A stretch of 61,111 nucleotides of DNA, filler included, from Sphacelaria rigidula (GCA_964200075.2; 7 parts of 7 records of this genome joined end to end with filler, not necessarily neighbours in it), one strand, 5' to 3'; positions 1 through 13,345 are shown, numbered from the whole stretch's first letter. The notes: generated from the letters alone by a model not told the origin. Numbers and translations are program-made.

Positions 1-273
1 TCGCCAGCGAGGTAAGTGTTGGGTTGGGTTTCCTCCTTCCATCAAGGAAAAAAAAAAAAAAAACTCCATGTGACGCCGGCAGGACTAGAAAAGACGAACA
101 CGTCGGGGTGTCTCCACAGTTGACAGTTGCCTGTTCGATCATTGTTTCGTGTGGTTTTGCGACGGAAACAACTGGATATCGCCGCGTGTAGCATCAGGGG
201 ACCAACTGTGTTCGTACATGAAAAGCGATCGGCTCCGCTTTCTCAACACGCCTCGCACAGAAGAAAAACTCAT

Positions 274-432
274 GTATACGTATATACATACGTATATTAT
301 ATACATACGTATATACATACGTATATACATACATACATCCATACATCCATACATCCATACATCCATACACCCATACATACATACATACATACATACAAAC
401 ATACATACATCCGTACATACATATATACATAC
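274..432. repeat. Imperfect tetranucleotide microsatellite (ATAC/ATCC)n
   Basis: Directly visible tandem ATAC/ATCC/GTAT units; explains the spurious overlapping ORFs at 127-714. Confidence 0.95.
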
Positions 433-758
433 CTCAACAGCAGAAAAATGCAAAACATGACCGCAGAAAAAATGCGAAAAAATGAAAATAGTTCCAGCAG
501 AAAACTTATCGAAAATAATATATATAATAGTACAAACATGGAAAGTTTTGACGTGCGCAAAGCAAAGCCTCTCGCTTTGAAGACGGGTGGCAAAATACGA
601 AGAAAAACTCACACTAATGAATATATGGGAAGACGCACACGCGAAAAGGGCACGTACAGCGCCGGTCATGTCATGTGAAGAGCCAGCCTCGTGTGGCTGA
701 ACAAGCAACAACAATTTTACACACAGAGGAACGAAACGGATCGCGTTTCTGATAAAAT

Positions 759-942
759 CAGGGCCCTACACCTATTGTACACGTGACACGTTCAGATTTA
801 AATTTGTGCGTCAAAAGTGAAGTAAGGATAGTAATACGGTGGGGGACCACGTGGGAAGCCCTGATTTCCCCGTCCCCCACCGTAGTACTAGCCTGGCTTG
901 ACTTTTGACGTGAAACGTGAACGTGTAACGTGTAGGGTCCTG
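759..942. mobile_element. hAT-like MITE
   Basis: TIRs CAGGGCCCTACAC / GTGTAGGGTCCTG; flanks GATAAAAT (751-758) and AATAAAAT (943-950) form an 8-bp TSD (7/8 match); ACGT-rich subterminal motifs. Confidence 0.8.
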
Positions 943-3900
943 AATAAAATGGCCTCCTCGCAAGGAACTCGAGCAGGCCCTCGACGTTCTTAATGGTCAC
1001 AGAGCTTTCCGACCAAAGGGCGACGTCGGTGTTTTCTTCTTTTTTTTTTTTTTTTCTTGATTGTTTCTTCTTTTGGGAGGAAGGACGTGCGCCGTGCTTG
1101 TGGGACATGCCTCCGGATCGCTGGCATCGCGAGTTTTAATCGATGCGTCCTCTTCGAGGCAAGGGCCACCCCAACCTATCGAATAAAACCTATGGCTTGC
1201 ACACACTCGCTCTCGCCGAACCGTGACCGTAACCATAACTGCGGCCGTTATCCGACACTAAACCTGAAACAGACCCAGAACACGTCGGAGCAAGCAGTCG
1301 GTCGTCAAAACGTGTTCTCTGCAAATTGTGGGCTGGCGAAGCCAAAGCCGTAGGGCTGGATACTGTTATGGGTCGGAATGGGGGGCCGAATTTGGGTACT
1401 ATATTTGGGGAAAGTCCGCCCTGACCGCTGTAAGCGTAAGAACTGGATCGTAATCGGGCGGATCATATCAATGACGAATACACGGGTCAGCTCGAAATGA
1501 CTATCACGCTCATACAAAATGTACTACTAGGTTGGTACTTTTATAGTACAGTGTACAACAAACCTGTGATTGACGTTTTTGTACACCTGTACACACGGGC
1601 ACAACAACAGGAGGATAAAAACTGGTGCTCGTATTGTTGTCGTGCCCCTCTTGTTGCGGTGTGCTGTTGTGCCGACCGCGCAACGCTTAGATCTCGGCAA
1701 CGAAGCTGAGGACTGGACTGCGGTTTCTTGCGTGCGCTTTCCACACACCAAAACTAGGTCCCCAAGTTGCTTGATTGCGTTTGAGCGTAATACTAAGCCG
1801 CAACAAGCCCAAATATATATTAAAAAAAAGGTGTTTTCGGCTTTTGGGGGAATTTTTCAGTTCGCTGTCGCGACTCGAGCAAAATGTGTAACCAGGTTCC
1901 CAAGCTGTTGCGTGTGTGCGGGGGCCTGTGAAGTGCCGTGGGCCGACTTGCTTCCTGTGTCGAGAACCGCGCGATCTCAAGTGCAACAGCCGTCCCATAC
2001 TAAACCAAGTTAGTGAGTGTGAAACATGTGTTCCGTTCTTGAGGGCCTCGGCACAGGTGCGACCACCCACCGCCCAGTATATTATATACGATCTGCTGCC
2101 AGTACCTCGGGGTTCGTTTTAAAGGGCATCGGAGGCACCCCGCCAGAGGCGTATTTTCACGCGATTTGCTCTTTCTTTTTATTTTCATTCAGTGTTATTT
2201 TGTATATTAATTTTGCTTTCGATTTTTGTTTGGAATCTCAGAAGAAACGATGAGAACTCCATGTCTTGTAGGGGAAATCAGGGACTGTATTCGAAAGACG
2301 AGACCACGTCGGCGACCACGGGTTCGAGAAGTCGGACTTATGTGCGGATATAATAAAAATGATGAATACAGTCTTTGACTCCACCAGAGCGAAACAAGAG
2401 GTCTCACAGACTGCAATACGTTACACACCGCCCCCCCGCCCCTCTCAAGAGGCGGTCGAGAATTAGGAAAATCGAAAAATGGTGTCCAAAATATTTCCTC
2501 TCCCTGTTTCTTCACCAGAATACGAAATTTAACGGTACCTTCGCCACGACGTTGCTGGCCTGTATCCGAGCAGCTCCAAACCGAGGAGTTTGGGCATATT
2601 AGTTGTTCTAACGGCCGCAGGGAATAAAACTTGGTCGCGGGATGATGACTTCCTAGTCAAGGTTACCGCTGGAAAATGACTTTGGTGTAGGTGTTGTAGT
2701 AGTGAGGCCGCAATACTGGAGAGGGCTGCGTACTCAAGACGTGAACCCGATGGCGTTTTGTTTGTCGATCAAGGAAAGTGTACCACGAGTTACACGTGTT
2801 GATGAGTGACACCAGAGGTATACACGGCCACTGTGACTCGACTGTATAATTCCAACCGGCATAAAAATGTTCTGAAAGTACTTCCATGGTATCAACCAAT
2901 TGTACATGATTCAAGGATGATCACCTGGTGCCATCGTAGGCAGCGCCCGCGTTCGGACAGCTGCGTCGAAGGGCAATCTCTAAAAGTCGGCATATTGCAC
3001 AGCAACACAGGTAAGACACAGCAAGTGAGAATCTCGTGAAGATGGTGTCGCTAAATAAAGTAGTAAACAAGTCACAATTATGTATTCTTCGTTCATCCTG
3101 GCATAATAATCTGTTCCAGCAAATGCGGGTCTTACAGCAACCACGGCAACGTTTCCAGGACTTTTGACAGATTTATTTGTCGTGCCGCATGCTGTCGAGT
3201 CGATTACTACGAGGGGATGTTGGTCCCACGAATAACAGGAGAAAATTGAACGTAGCGTACACAATCCTACCACCTGTCGTGCGACCGTGGCATACACAAC
3301 TTGTACACAAGCCTGGCAAAAGCCGGGAAAAGTCGTTCATGCACGTACTGCAAAGTGCCGTACCTGCTATCTTCATTATCCATCTAATCAGGGGGGTATT
3401 CTCACCTCCAGAAGGGGGTACCCCCTCTCCCCCGTCGCCAAGAATGAGGTTTTCGGGAGTCGTGGGTGGTGCATAACGTATTCCAGTCTGTAAGGTCTCT
3501 CAAGCATAACAGTGCGATTCGGCTTCACTTGTGGCCCAATGAAATGGGTTTTCCTTGAATTACGAGGCGTTATAGTGGGAGGTGCGTGAACAGGAAAATA
3601 TTGGCTGCTCTTCTTCTAGAGCCAGTACAGTCAGCACCGGCAGTCCTGCCAATGTACTTTTGCACGTCCGGTACCCAACTTTGAAAATTCGGCGCTGGAG
3701 GGTAAATTTGAGTCAAAACGCGCCCTGGGTACGCTGGCGAAAACCTGAGACTGTCAGCCCTTCAAAGAGCCGGATCTCAGCGTCAACAGTTGCAAACCAT
3801 GTTACGTTTCAACCATGGTTCATAGCGGCGGACTGGGTTGAAAACCTCTACAGTACTGCACATATTCATGCTTTTCGTACGTATGTATGACCCTTTTTTC

Positions 3901-4132
3901 TACACGTGAAAATTTTCGTTGGAGCCCCGGATAATTTTCATTCTGCGTCTCACAGCGCAGCATTCCACGCGATCTCGAGCCCTCACAGGCCACCGCCTCA
4001 TTCACTTGAAACCAGAGTGCATTTAGTTTTCGCCCTTCCAAGCCATTGGTCTGTTCCAAGAACATTTTGTGTAATCGTCAAGAATCTTGGAATTGATCTA
4101 CTGAGCGTGGCGGCGGGAACCGCCGAAACCTC

Positions 4133-4289
4133 ATGATTGGTTTGATTGATTGATTGATTGTCGCACTTCAACTTCAACTGACCCCCCAGGGGTCATGATC
4201 CAGCTGTGGTCACATGATAGACGTACCCAATAAAAACAAGACTGAAACTTATATATATAAGTAATATATATATATTGCATTTCACAGTC
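4133..4289 (-). mobile_element. 3' end of non-LTR retroelement with (CAAT)n tail
   Basis: Minus-strand core ATGTGACCACAGCTGGATC...GGGGGTCAGTT followed by a CAAT-repeat tail; flanked by ACCTC at 4128-4132 and 4290-4294 (candidate TSD). Confidence 0.7.
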
Positions 4290-4768
4290 ACCTCCCCGAC
4301 AGTTCCGGATTCCGTGAGCTCCTGATCCTTGGCTGTAGAGTCGTACAAAAGGTTCGCCGCCGTCACCGCGTCCTGCTCCTCTTCCGTCAGTTCGATCTGG
4401 GAGGAGCCGTTTTGTTCGTATCCGGTGGGGTCCATATTAGACTTAGATCCCGTGAGTATAAGTGCAATACAGACACGATGCAATATATACGAGTGCAGTG
4501 CAGTCCAGACATATAGTGGAACAGACAGATCAGAGACAAGAAGAGTTGTCAATAATAATAATTCAAGACGGGATGATGAAGCCGTACATGTTTTTTTTTT
4601 TATATTTTTAAATCGCCTGCTGTAGTTCGCGTGCGTTCAACAGACCTGTCTGTCCGCGAAATGTTTGTCACTAACAGTACGAGTAAACGAAATACAGGGC
4701 TATTTATGGTATATACCACGTTCTGTGTTGATGCGTCCGTGTTCTGGGTCAATGCCAATGGGTTGATA

Positions 4769-5616
4769 CGAGCTGAGCCAGCCTAAGAACGGATTTAAGC
4801 TCTAAAAGCAATATCTCATCGATACAGACGAGTTGGGCCGTGATCCGCACATCGTATTAATCGTCTAACCAAGGGGAAGGTGCCCATCTGTATAAAAAAT
4901 CTGAGCCATATTTTTCTCGTTGATTAAACCCCATGTCTAGCAATTCCTATACCTAAGGGAAATAGCGCCAAGACTAAAATCTTTATGAAACTCCCGATCG
5001 ATGCATTTAGCGGATAGCGACGAATTTTGGTGTGGAGAACCACAAAAGAGTGCCGAAAAAAAAAAGTGGGCCTTCATTTTTTTTTTAATGGAAGTTAGGG
5101 CGTTCTCGTGAAGGAATGGTCTTTACCATAGTAGAACGCCCTAGACCAGTGGGAAAAAATGAAAAAAATCAACCTGATCCACTTTGTTTTGTTAATTATG
5201 CCTCAGAGAGCGCCCACACAAAATTTCGATACACGAAAACCAAACAAAGGCCGGTGAGTGGCCTGCGAAATGTTGTTCCGAATTACTACCGACTCGGCTT
5301 TTCAAAGGCCCATGCTCCCGCCAATATTTAGAGTTGGACCCGGAAATTTGGTATGGACAGGGCATGAAAAAAACAATGACGTCGGCACCAATTTTTATTC
5401 TTATTTTTTCATGAGTTAAGGGCAATAATCGGTTTTCAGGTATCACTACAACGCCCTTAACTTATGAAAAATAATAATAAAAACTTTTGGTGCCGACGTG
5501 ATACTTTTTTCCATGCCCTATTCATTGTCCATACCAAATTTCAGGGTCCAACTCTCAATATTGGCGGGAGCATGGGCCTGCAAACTTCCGATCCGCCTCT
5601 AGGCTGGACCAGCTTG
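4769..5616. mobile_element. TA-flanked (Tc1/mariner-type) MITE, TIR ~CGAGCTGGGCCAGCC
   Basis: TA|CGAGCTGAGCCAGCCTA ... TAGGCTGGACCAGCTTG|TA; left part homologous, inverted, to ~56280-56577; internal long inverted repeat 5305-5580. Confidence 0.75.
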
Positions 5617-6599
5617 TAACCATGTGTGGTTTTTCGCGATATGGTTTTTCGCAATAGCCCTAATGTACTAGGGAAAAGTGTTCCGAAGTCCTCCTGGGCA
5701 ATGTAGCCCTCCGTCGCCTCAATAATTCCCTCGAACCGAGTTCGCTCATTATCGGACAGCTTGCCAGCTGCTTGTGTCCCCACGGGAGGTCTCTTTCTCC
5801 CTACCCCCAAAGCAGCCTTCCTCTGTGCTCTACACTAATACATCAACGAGCGTACTTGTAAACTCAATAAGGGGAGCCATTGGGACAATTCAACTGAGTG
5901 GGACCGCGCCAGCTATCATACTACTGCACAGTAGTCCACAACTCCCGACGGCAGCAGACTGGGTGAAGGAAAAGAAAAAGGAGAGGGAGATATGTACATG
6001 GAGAGTGGGGGGGGCGGAGGGGCGTACTCATTTGTTGTTTGCCTTAGTCACTTGACCATTGAACAAGTATTCCTTTTAAAACGGAGCACCAGGGGGGGGG
6101 GGGGGGGGGAGCTTCATCCCACGCCGTTGTTACCAAGAAAAGGCGTAATATGATCTCGAGTCTGAAGAAGGCGTTTCTTACACCGGCCTGCTGCTGCTGC
6201 TGCACATGACTGGTACACGCATAACATGTAACCAGGAGATGTCGAGCAAAGTAGATGCCATGGCTCGCCCGAATACTGTACAGTAATGTACGCCGTAACA
6301 AAAAAAGTGTACGAAACCACTTCCGGTGAAACACGCATACAGATCGATCCCACCTCATGTTTGCCTCGCGGTCCACGTTTAGGCGACGGGTCGATCGTAA
6401 TTTCGTGTCCCGAAAATGCAACGGTTCTCCCGGTGGTTCGTTTCCTCGCGGTACTGTGCCGTGGAACATAGGAGAGTTCCACATAGGAGAGTTCCACCAC
6501 ATTAATCTTCATTTCCTTACGCAGCCGTCCAACCACCAGTATGCGTGCTGACTCACCTCAGGGGGCTTCTGTAGCTTGAGAGCAGAAGCTAGCACGCCG

Positions 6600-7479
6600 A
6601 ACAGCCCCACCGTAGCCACCCCCCCAACTCCGATAATCTCGGACATGAAAGATACCGATTTGCGCGTTGTTTCGACCTCATCGGAGTACGCCAGCAGCAG
6701 CTGCGTATAGCGTTCGGTCGAGCAACATGTGGCGGGAGCAGTGGTGTACTTTGCTTCAGTTTCGGAGGGCTAGCGAGAGAATGAACGATGTATTGAAATG
6801 TCCGCGCTTCCCCACGTTTTTTTTTCCTCCATAAGAAAAGGTATTCACGTGTTTGCCGGTATTTTCGCATCCGAAATATTCACGTAGCCGACGTTTTTGG
6901 GAATGGAGTGTGCGATTTGGACCTGCAAGACTTTCCGACACCAAGGAGCACATAGCGTGGGTGTTTGTCATACGTACACTGGTGGCGGCCTGAGGAAGCT
7001 TCTGCGCGGCTTCCGTTTTGTGCCGGCCGGAGAGGAGCCAAACTGCTTCGCAGTGCGCTACATGAACTCTGTCCCCACCAAAAAGGTCTAATGGCGTTCG
7101 GCGCACGGTTGCTCAGGCTGCGGCAGTACTGCCTGTACAGTGCCAAAGTGTGAGGGTGCCCCGTCAAGAGCCGTGCGTGTAATGGTCCTGAAGACAGTGT
7201 GCAGTTACGGGACGCTGGTAGGAATGAGCGTGCTAAAAACTGCTGCCGTTGGCACACGTCTTTCTAGTGTGGACCGCTCGGATTTAACCTGCTAGGGGCT
7301 TCGCTTTTGTTGACTTTTTATACTATGTTAACTGTTTTTTCACGTCTTGGTGGTCTACCATGTCGTTCTGTTCGACTTTTTCTGTTCCTTCTTCTTCGGC
7401 GATTAATTCGGGTTTGTTTTTCTTGGGCACGTCTATTATGTGACCACGGCTGGATCCCTGGGGGGTCAGTTACCGTGCG

Positions 7480-7518
<39 letters not shown>
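6600..7518 (+). mobile_element. 5'-truncated, decayed LINE (RTE-like) ending in ~9 CAAT units
   Basis: Tail 7481-7518 and core ATGTGACCACGGCTGGATCC are clear; upstream degenerate peptide (KGLMAFGA...SAKV) loosely resembles RTE ORF C-termini; 5' boundary approximate. Confidence 0.55.
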
Positions 7519-8646
7519 GGGTCTGGTCGCCAACCCACCTCCTACTTGTGGGCCCTGTCGAGGCAGACAGAGGACACTATCTCCGGTGCTCTCCCCCCGT
7601 GCCCCAGGGTCCTACTCGTAGGTCTTTCTTTCATCGGGGTTTGGGTTGCGGTTGGTAGACACAAACAACGACTTCCAGTTGCACAGTTGTGAGGCAAAGT
7701 ACTGGTGGTCACTACTTAGCCGAAGAGAAAAATAAAATGTGCATCAGGTGAGGTGAGCATGTAGGAGGAAGTACATCTATGCACATTACTTATCGTCGTT
7801 ATCCACCGACAAAAACGTGACACTGACCGTGACCTTGTATGTGTGTGAGCGCGCGCGCGCGCGTGTGTGTGTGGGTTATGGCTTCCCATCCGCGGGCGGC
7901 GTCTGCCTCCCCCAAAATCTCTGATAACCCAGTGCCATCAGGGTGGTGTAGTCATGATCATGCATGATGGGGTGGTGGTATCCAATATCTAGTACCTCGT
8001 GTCTGCCCAACGTCTCCGTAGCCAGCTTGCGACCAAACTTGCGACCAACCTTGATACGATTTTGAACCACTTCCGCAGCTCGCAACGCTTTTTGTTAGTA
8101 GTCTTCGCTACCAAGAGGGAGCAGGTGATGATGACTGCACAAACGCAGGTCCCGTTTCTGCATCGTCGAGTGGCCTACTGGTCGCTGCGGATATGGTAAA
8201 TACAGTTCGGTCGCTAGGCCGCGAGAGTGCGTAACCATTTTGGTGCCACTTTCCACAAGGATCTGTTCCTGGTTTTGATTCAAAGATATTTCGAAGTAGA
8301 TCACTCCGTTATGTAGCCTTCACCGTTTTCTCAGCGAGCGGGACCTTTTGGCTACCGTGAATATTAATTCTGTCCCCCTCTCCCCGCCCAACCCTCCCCT
8401 CCTCCCAACCAAAAAAACGCCACTCACTGCCCAAGCTATAACCCTTTTGGGATCGGGGCTCCAGAACGACCAAGTAGGCTGGTCAGTAATGACGTGTCTG
8501 GCGTCTGCACAAAACAGTGGCGTGTTGCTGAAAATCTGCGTATGTAACCGCAGGGTTATGACGAAGACCGAAAGTTTCATCCGAACTATTTTCAGGTGCA
8601 GGGTGCGCATTAGGTGGTGTACATCTGATGTAGCAAGCAGTATGAG

Positions 8647-8746
8647 NNNNNNNNNNNNNNNNNNNNNNNNNNNNNNNNNNNNNNNNNNNNTTAATTAATT
8701 AANNNNNNNNNNNNNNNNNNNNNNNNNNNNNNNNNNNNNNNNNNNN
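8647..8746. other. Artificial contig spacer (44 N + TTAATTAATTAA + 44 N)
   Basis: Identical 100-bp block recurs six times; TTAATTAATTAA gives stops in all six frames. Confidence 0.98.
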
Positions 8747-10508
8747 TTTCTACTATTGCCCCCCCCCCATAAAGTGCATGATTTTGGGAGACAAAATCTT
8801 CACGTAAATCGAAATGGGAAAAGCCGAGCACAATGAGAAGCTGGGAATTCTCACGCTTGGGTATGTTCTAGACAATATCGCCAATATGAGGCGCTTCATG
8901 CAGCCTGAAGCCGAACATCAGGCGCTGTATGGCCATTTTTTTCGCGACAATTTGAGCTGGTTTTGGGGGGCTATCGTAGAAAGTGTCCAACGGGCATATA
9001 CTTACTGGAGCCGACTCCACCCGTCGTTGTATCGGTACGTCGGTACGCTATGTACAACTAGAGAGCTGGCTTCACTCGCCGCCATCCGTAGGGAGTCGCG
9101 GGCTGTTAGAATGCGAGCTCAAGCACCGCAACACGAAGGCATACAACAAATATGATGTGGGCGGATTGAATTTCTGTAATTATATCAGGAAACACTATGC
9201 CCCCCCCCCAAGGAAGACTTGCTTATGCAGACTCTGTGTCGGTTCTTCAGCTGCAAGACTCTGGGCTTGTGGATGTTGCATGGAATACAACCCCAGACTC
9301 AGGCAGGTTTCAAATCATTATCTTGTGGGGGAGGGACTTGATGAAGTCATGGTCGAGCTTGTACGCCCCCTCCTTCATCTGTCTCGACTCTATGTACAGA
9401 CCGAGACAGTCCAATGGTCGAGCTCTGGAGCGAATGAGAACACTATCCTGCCGCGAGCGCTGGGTCGGTGCTCTAGTTGTAGAGTCTGACTTCGTGAATG
9501 TTGTGCAGTAGTAGTGTGGAGCACAGACAGATTGATAGTTCAAGAGAGAGGGCAAGCCTCTCGTGGGGGACCAGACAGCTGGCAAGCTATTGATTGTGGG
9601 CAACGATCCTCGTGGACGCTGTGTGGAAAGCAGAATTACGAAATTCTAGGAATGTCAAGAACGTGCTCCCCGTACATCCAACCAACTCTCTCTATCGATG
9701 AAAAATCAAAACAAAATTCAATCTTTGTTTCTGGCAGCGGTCTTATTGGTGGGCCGTTCCTTATCGCTTTGAAGGCGGAATGCAATACAAGACATCTATT
9801 AATCAAAACAATCATCAACATTACCGCCGACCACAGAGTTTTCGCCAGATTCGCAGACGAGCGTTTGATCGAGAGTGAGAACCCAACGACGAGGAAACCC
9901 AAATCCGTTCGTCGAGTGGTGTTTCTTGAGGACTACGTCGCCGACCCAGGCGAGGAGCGGCTCGAATGAAAGCTCGTAACTGTGGGATGAATCCGATGTG
10001 TACTTTTATTGCATTGGGCCTGCCAATTATTATCAGGATTTTATAACTCCGGATTTCCAGAAATGGTCGATTAATGCCTGAGACAGTTTCAATTCTGATA
10101 TGCCCATCAAGGCCTTCTACGAGGCCTTCTACGCCTTCTTGAGTACCTTGCAACTGAAGCGTCTGATGATACCCCTCAAAAGGATATCGAAGTGTAGCTG
10201 TAAGCACACAACATTGTTACAGAGGAGAAAATAATACAAAATGAAATATCGGTCAAGTAGGGCGAATCATAAAACTCGCGTCCCACGAAACAAACACTAT
10301 ACTGTACTCACGTATTCACGGCTTCGTCGGTGGAAATCAGACACTTCGAGTAACAAACCCGACGCATTAGGAATCGAACTCGCATTCTCTCCACCCTGAT
10401 GATGGCAGTCGGACCAGTACACCACCGGGGCGCGGTGGCATCATATTGGCTTGAAAAATGACTGCCAGTCTCATGTATGCACAACTTAATAGCTTCGCCC
10501 CCTTGTCA

Positions 10509-10531
10509 ACAGCAGCAGCAGCAGCAATAAT

Positions 10532-10590
<59 letters not shown>
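10509..10590. repeat. (CAG)n trinucleotide repeat with one AAT interruption
   Basis: Directly visible; produces poly-Ala in both antiparallel ORFs. Confidence 0.95.
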
Positions 10591-10592
<2 letters not shown>

Positions 10593-11120
10593 TCATCAAC
10601 ACAAAGATCATCTTCGAAAATGAGGTTTAATACTGAATTGAGTTTCAACTCCAGAACAACAGTGCTTTCCCTGACCTGCAGAGTCATGACAATGACTTTC
10701 ATATCGACGACCTCACTCCCCCCGACTTCCCTCAAACTCTCTCTGTTGAAGGTTTCCCGTCTGCTTGTTCCGTTTCCCCCCAGCATGTGCGAATGCGCCA
10801 TTTTCGGAAAGGCGTCCCTTTTCCCACCCCGAAATCGAGGCAATAGGTGCTTTCGCGGATACGCTTTAGGGGAACCGCCGAGAGAAATCCCCAAAAATAG
10901 TTTTCAGGGAGGTCGGGGGGCAGCATGATGAGGTGTCCGTATGATATTCATACAATTTATGATGATTCTAGGTCAGAGAAAGCAGCACTGTTTCGGAGTT
11001 TATGACGCATTTTAATGGTCAACCCCATTTTCCCGCGGTCGAATCGAACTGGTCGTTACGAGACCGAATCTGATACGTCCACCGCATAAGGCCGTGTCTT
11101 ATCAAATTGTTTTCGTGTCG

Positions 11121-11398
11121 AAAATGTGCGGTCGACTCGAATTCGCTCGTTTCTGATTCGTCCGCGCTGCTAATTTTCTCACATGCTTGAGAACATGAAT
11201 GCCGTGGACGTATCAGGTATGAGCAAATTCAACTCCACCGTACGTTTTCGAGTTGAAAACGTGCGGTCGAATCGGATGCGCTCGTTTTTGATTCGTCCAC
11301 CCTACTGATTTTCTGAGATGGTTGAGAACATGAATGCCGTGGACGTACGAGTATCAGGTACGAGCAAATTTGATTCCACTGTACTTTTTCGAGTAAAA
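11121..11398. repeat. Diverged tandem duplication, ~135-140 bp unit
   Basis: AAAA(T/C)GTGCGGTCGA...GAGAACATGAATGCCGTGGACGTA...GAGCAAATT occurs twice in tandem (from 11121 and 11256). Confidence 0.85.
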
Positions 11399-11799
11399 AA
11401 CAATTTGATAAGACACCGCCTAAGAACAATAACAAGAACGACAAGAACAACGAGAACAAAAAAAAAAGATCATACAGGGAGAGGATCTTCATGTGCTGAC
11501 GAGCGACATGGTGCGGTTAGGCAGGGCCCCTGGCTCATCGAGACAAAAAAATAAGCTAGAAGCGAAACAAGCACCCAAAAGCAGCACGTTGATTGATCGC
11601 GGGGCGGGTCTATGGTTGCGGTGACTTGTAAAACATGCTGTGTTCGGATGTTTGTTTCGTTCTACGTTTTTTTTCGTACAACACGATGGCCAGCTGGTGA
11701 ATCACCCATTATGTAATTTCGCGGAGAATCTCATACCGTTCCGCTGTGAGGGCGTTCCTGGGACCTGTCCTTGTGGTTTTGTCCAGCAATTCAAACAGC

Positions 11800-12044
11800 G
11801 AATTAGCACCCCGTCGGAAAACGCCTCTTTGCCACCCATCCGACATACCATATTATCCGCGTGGATTCCCACCACCACTCAGTGCACAGAGGAGGAGCTA
11901 CCACCTCCTACTGATAGAACAAGAGCAATATTCTCATGGAGCATATCGCGTCTCAGGTGTGGTTATTACAACAGTGAACTGAAGTATCTGCCGTTGTTCT
12001 ACCGAAGGCTACAGTCCCATGCCAAAGCTCTCACATTTTGGTGA
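11800..12044 (+). mobile_element. Possible decayed LINE C-terminal fragment
   Basis: Across a frameshift reads PPPLSA-EEELPPPT..TRAI..SRLRCGY, like the 'EEELPRxTRxxLxQLRSGY' motif at the end of I/Jockey-group ORFs. Confidence 0.35.
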
Positions 12045-13345
12045 ACATGATGTTGTTCTGTTTTGTTCAACGGTAGAAATTAACCGTGAAACACGGGGGT
12101 AAAATATGCGAAGAGCGACCTGCGATAGAGCTACTGTTGCCCAGCAGCGTGGTTCTCACAACCTCGTACCGCGCCAGAGAGGTGCCGTACGTAGTGCATC
12201 AGCTCACCCACCGTCATGGACATGGGTTATACCCTGGTCTTCCATGAAGTGACAAGTTTGCCATGTTACAGACAACTGTGCTGCAGTATCACAACAAAAG
12301 TAACGCATCGACGAATTTGCTACTCTACGGTACAGCCGACAGTACAAAAGACAGTAGTAGTACAACACTAATAGAGGCAGAATCCGAACCTGTAGAGCGT
12401 CACCTGTTGGGTGCTGCGGAGAGATGGGCGACCGGCTCGTGGTGGGCTTCTTCAGGCTTCATCCCTGTTGCGGCTGTCGCAGATCCCCGCAGTTCATCTC
12501 TCATTCATTTCCGGAAGTTCAACCAGCGGTGCATTTGGGGATGAGTCCCAGCCACAAAACGTATAAGTGCAATTCGTTTCGCTATGCCGCGGGGATTGAA
12601 GTCGGCTCCCGACCGCTCTACAGTAGGTTAAATTTATTCGTGCCATCACTCAGATGTTTTACGGCTTCAGGTATTTTCCCCCTCCAAACCAGTACAGAGT
12701 AGCTTCTCCACAGGTATCATTGGCTGGCCGCATCTGGGAAGGTTCCGACCGAAAAGCAACGCGTGTTGCAGCCGTGTTCTCACATGCTATGTATAGCGTA
12801 CAGTGTAAAAGCGGAGTTGTCGACCAAGACGAAATGCACCAATCGCTATGGTTTCGGTCTGAACATGACGGCCCAGACTAAAACAAGTACAAACCAACCA
12901 TAGCGTACTGTGCTCTCATGACAAGTGACGTACTCGTTGTCGTCTTGTATTTTCAGCTTCATAATGCGTGCCAAAACACTTGTACCGTCTGTACGTCAAA
13001 CTCGTAGTGTCACGTAGCCACATGGTTTGCGATGTTCTCCACTCTTGTAACCATAGAAGCGCCATTGATGCTGCTGTAGTACCAGAGGACTTTATGTGTG
13101 GGTTGCGTTCTGGGGTTATTCTGTATCATGGTAAGCTGTATCAGTTTTTCCAACTTGAGAAATGGACAGAAATGGACTGATTGCACGCGTTTTCCATGGC
13201 GCATGCCACAAAGCGTCAGTTTCCTTTGCATCTCCTGTAAAGACGGCATCCAGGTTGTTGATCCATCCGTTCGCTGTTCTTGTGTGTGTTCGTGTGTCGT
13301 ATTCTATGTATCATCATGTGTTCCTGTTCTGTGACCGAGAAACAG

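Larger units (their letters stand above)
675..4435 (-). pseudogene. Possible disrupted multi-exon gene of unknown function
   Basis: ATG at 4435 (MDPTGYEQNGSSQIELTEEEQDAV...); AG/GT-bounded open segment 2841-2667; last segment ~1176-675 reads KNVEGLLEFLARRPFY|QKRDPFRSS in frame once the MITE and one TSD copy are removed. No family recognised; exon chain not fully resolved. Confidence 0.3.

Noticed and set aside
127-714. Several overlapping ORFs of 78-191 aa
   Set aside because: Created by the stop-free ATAC microsatellite; peptides are HTYI/CMY repeats.
8691-8702. TTAATTAATTAA palindrome recurring with ~8.74-kb periodicity
   Set aside because: Artificial linker within N runs; the periodicity reflects size-sorted contigs.
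10367-10928. Antiparallel poly-Ala ORFs (175 and 156 aa)
   Set aside because: Driven by the CAG repeat; no recognisable domain or convincing exon structure.
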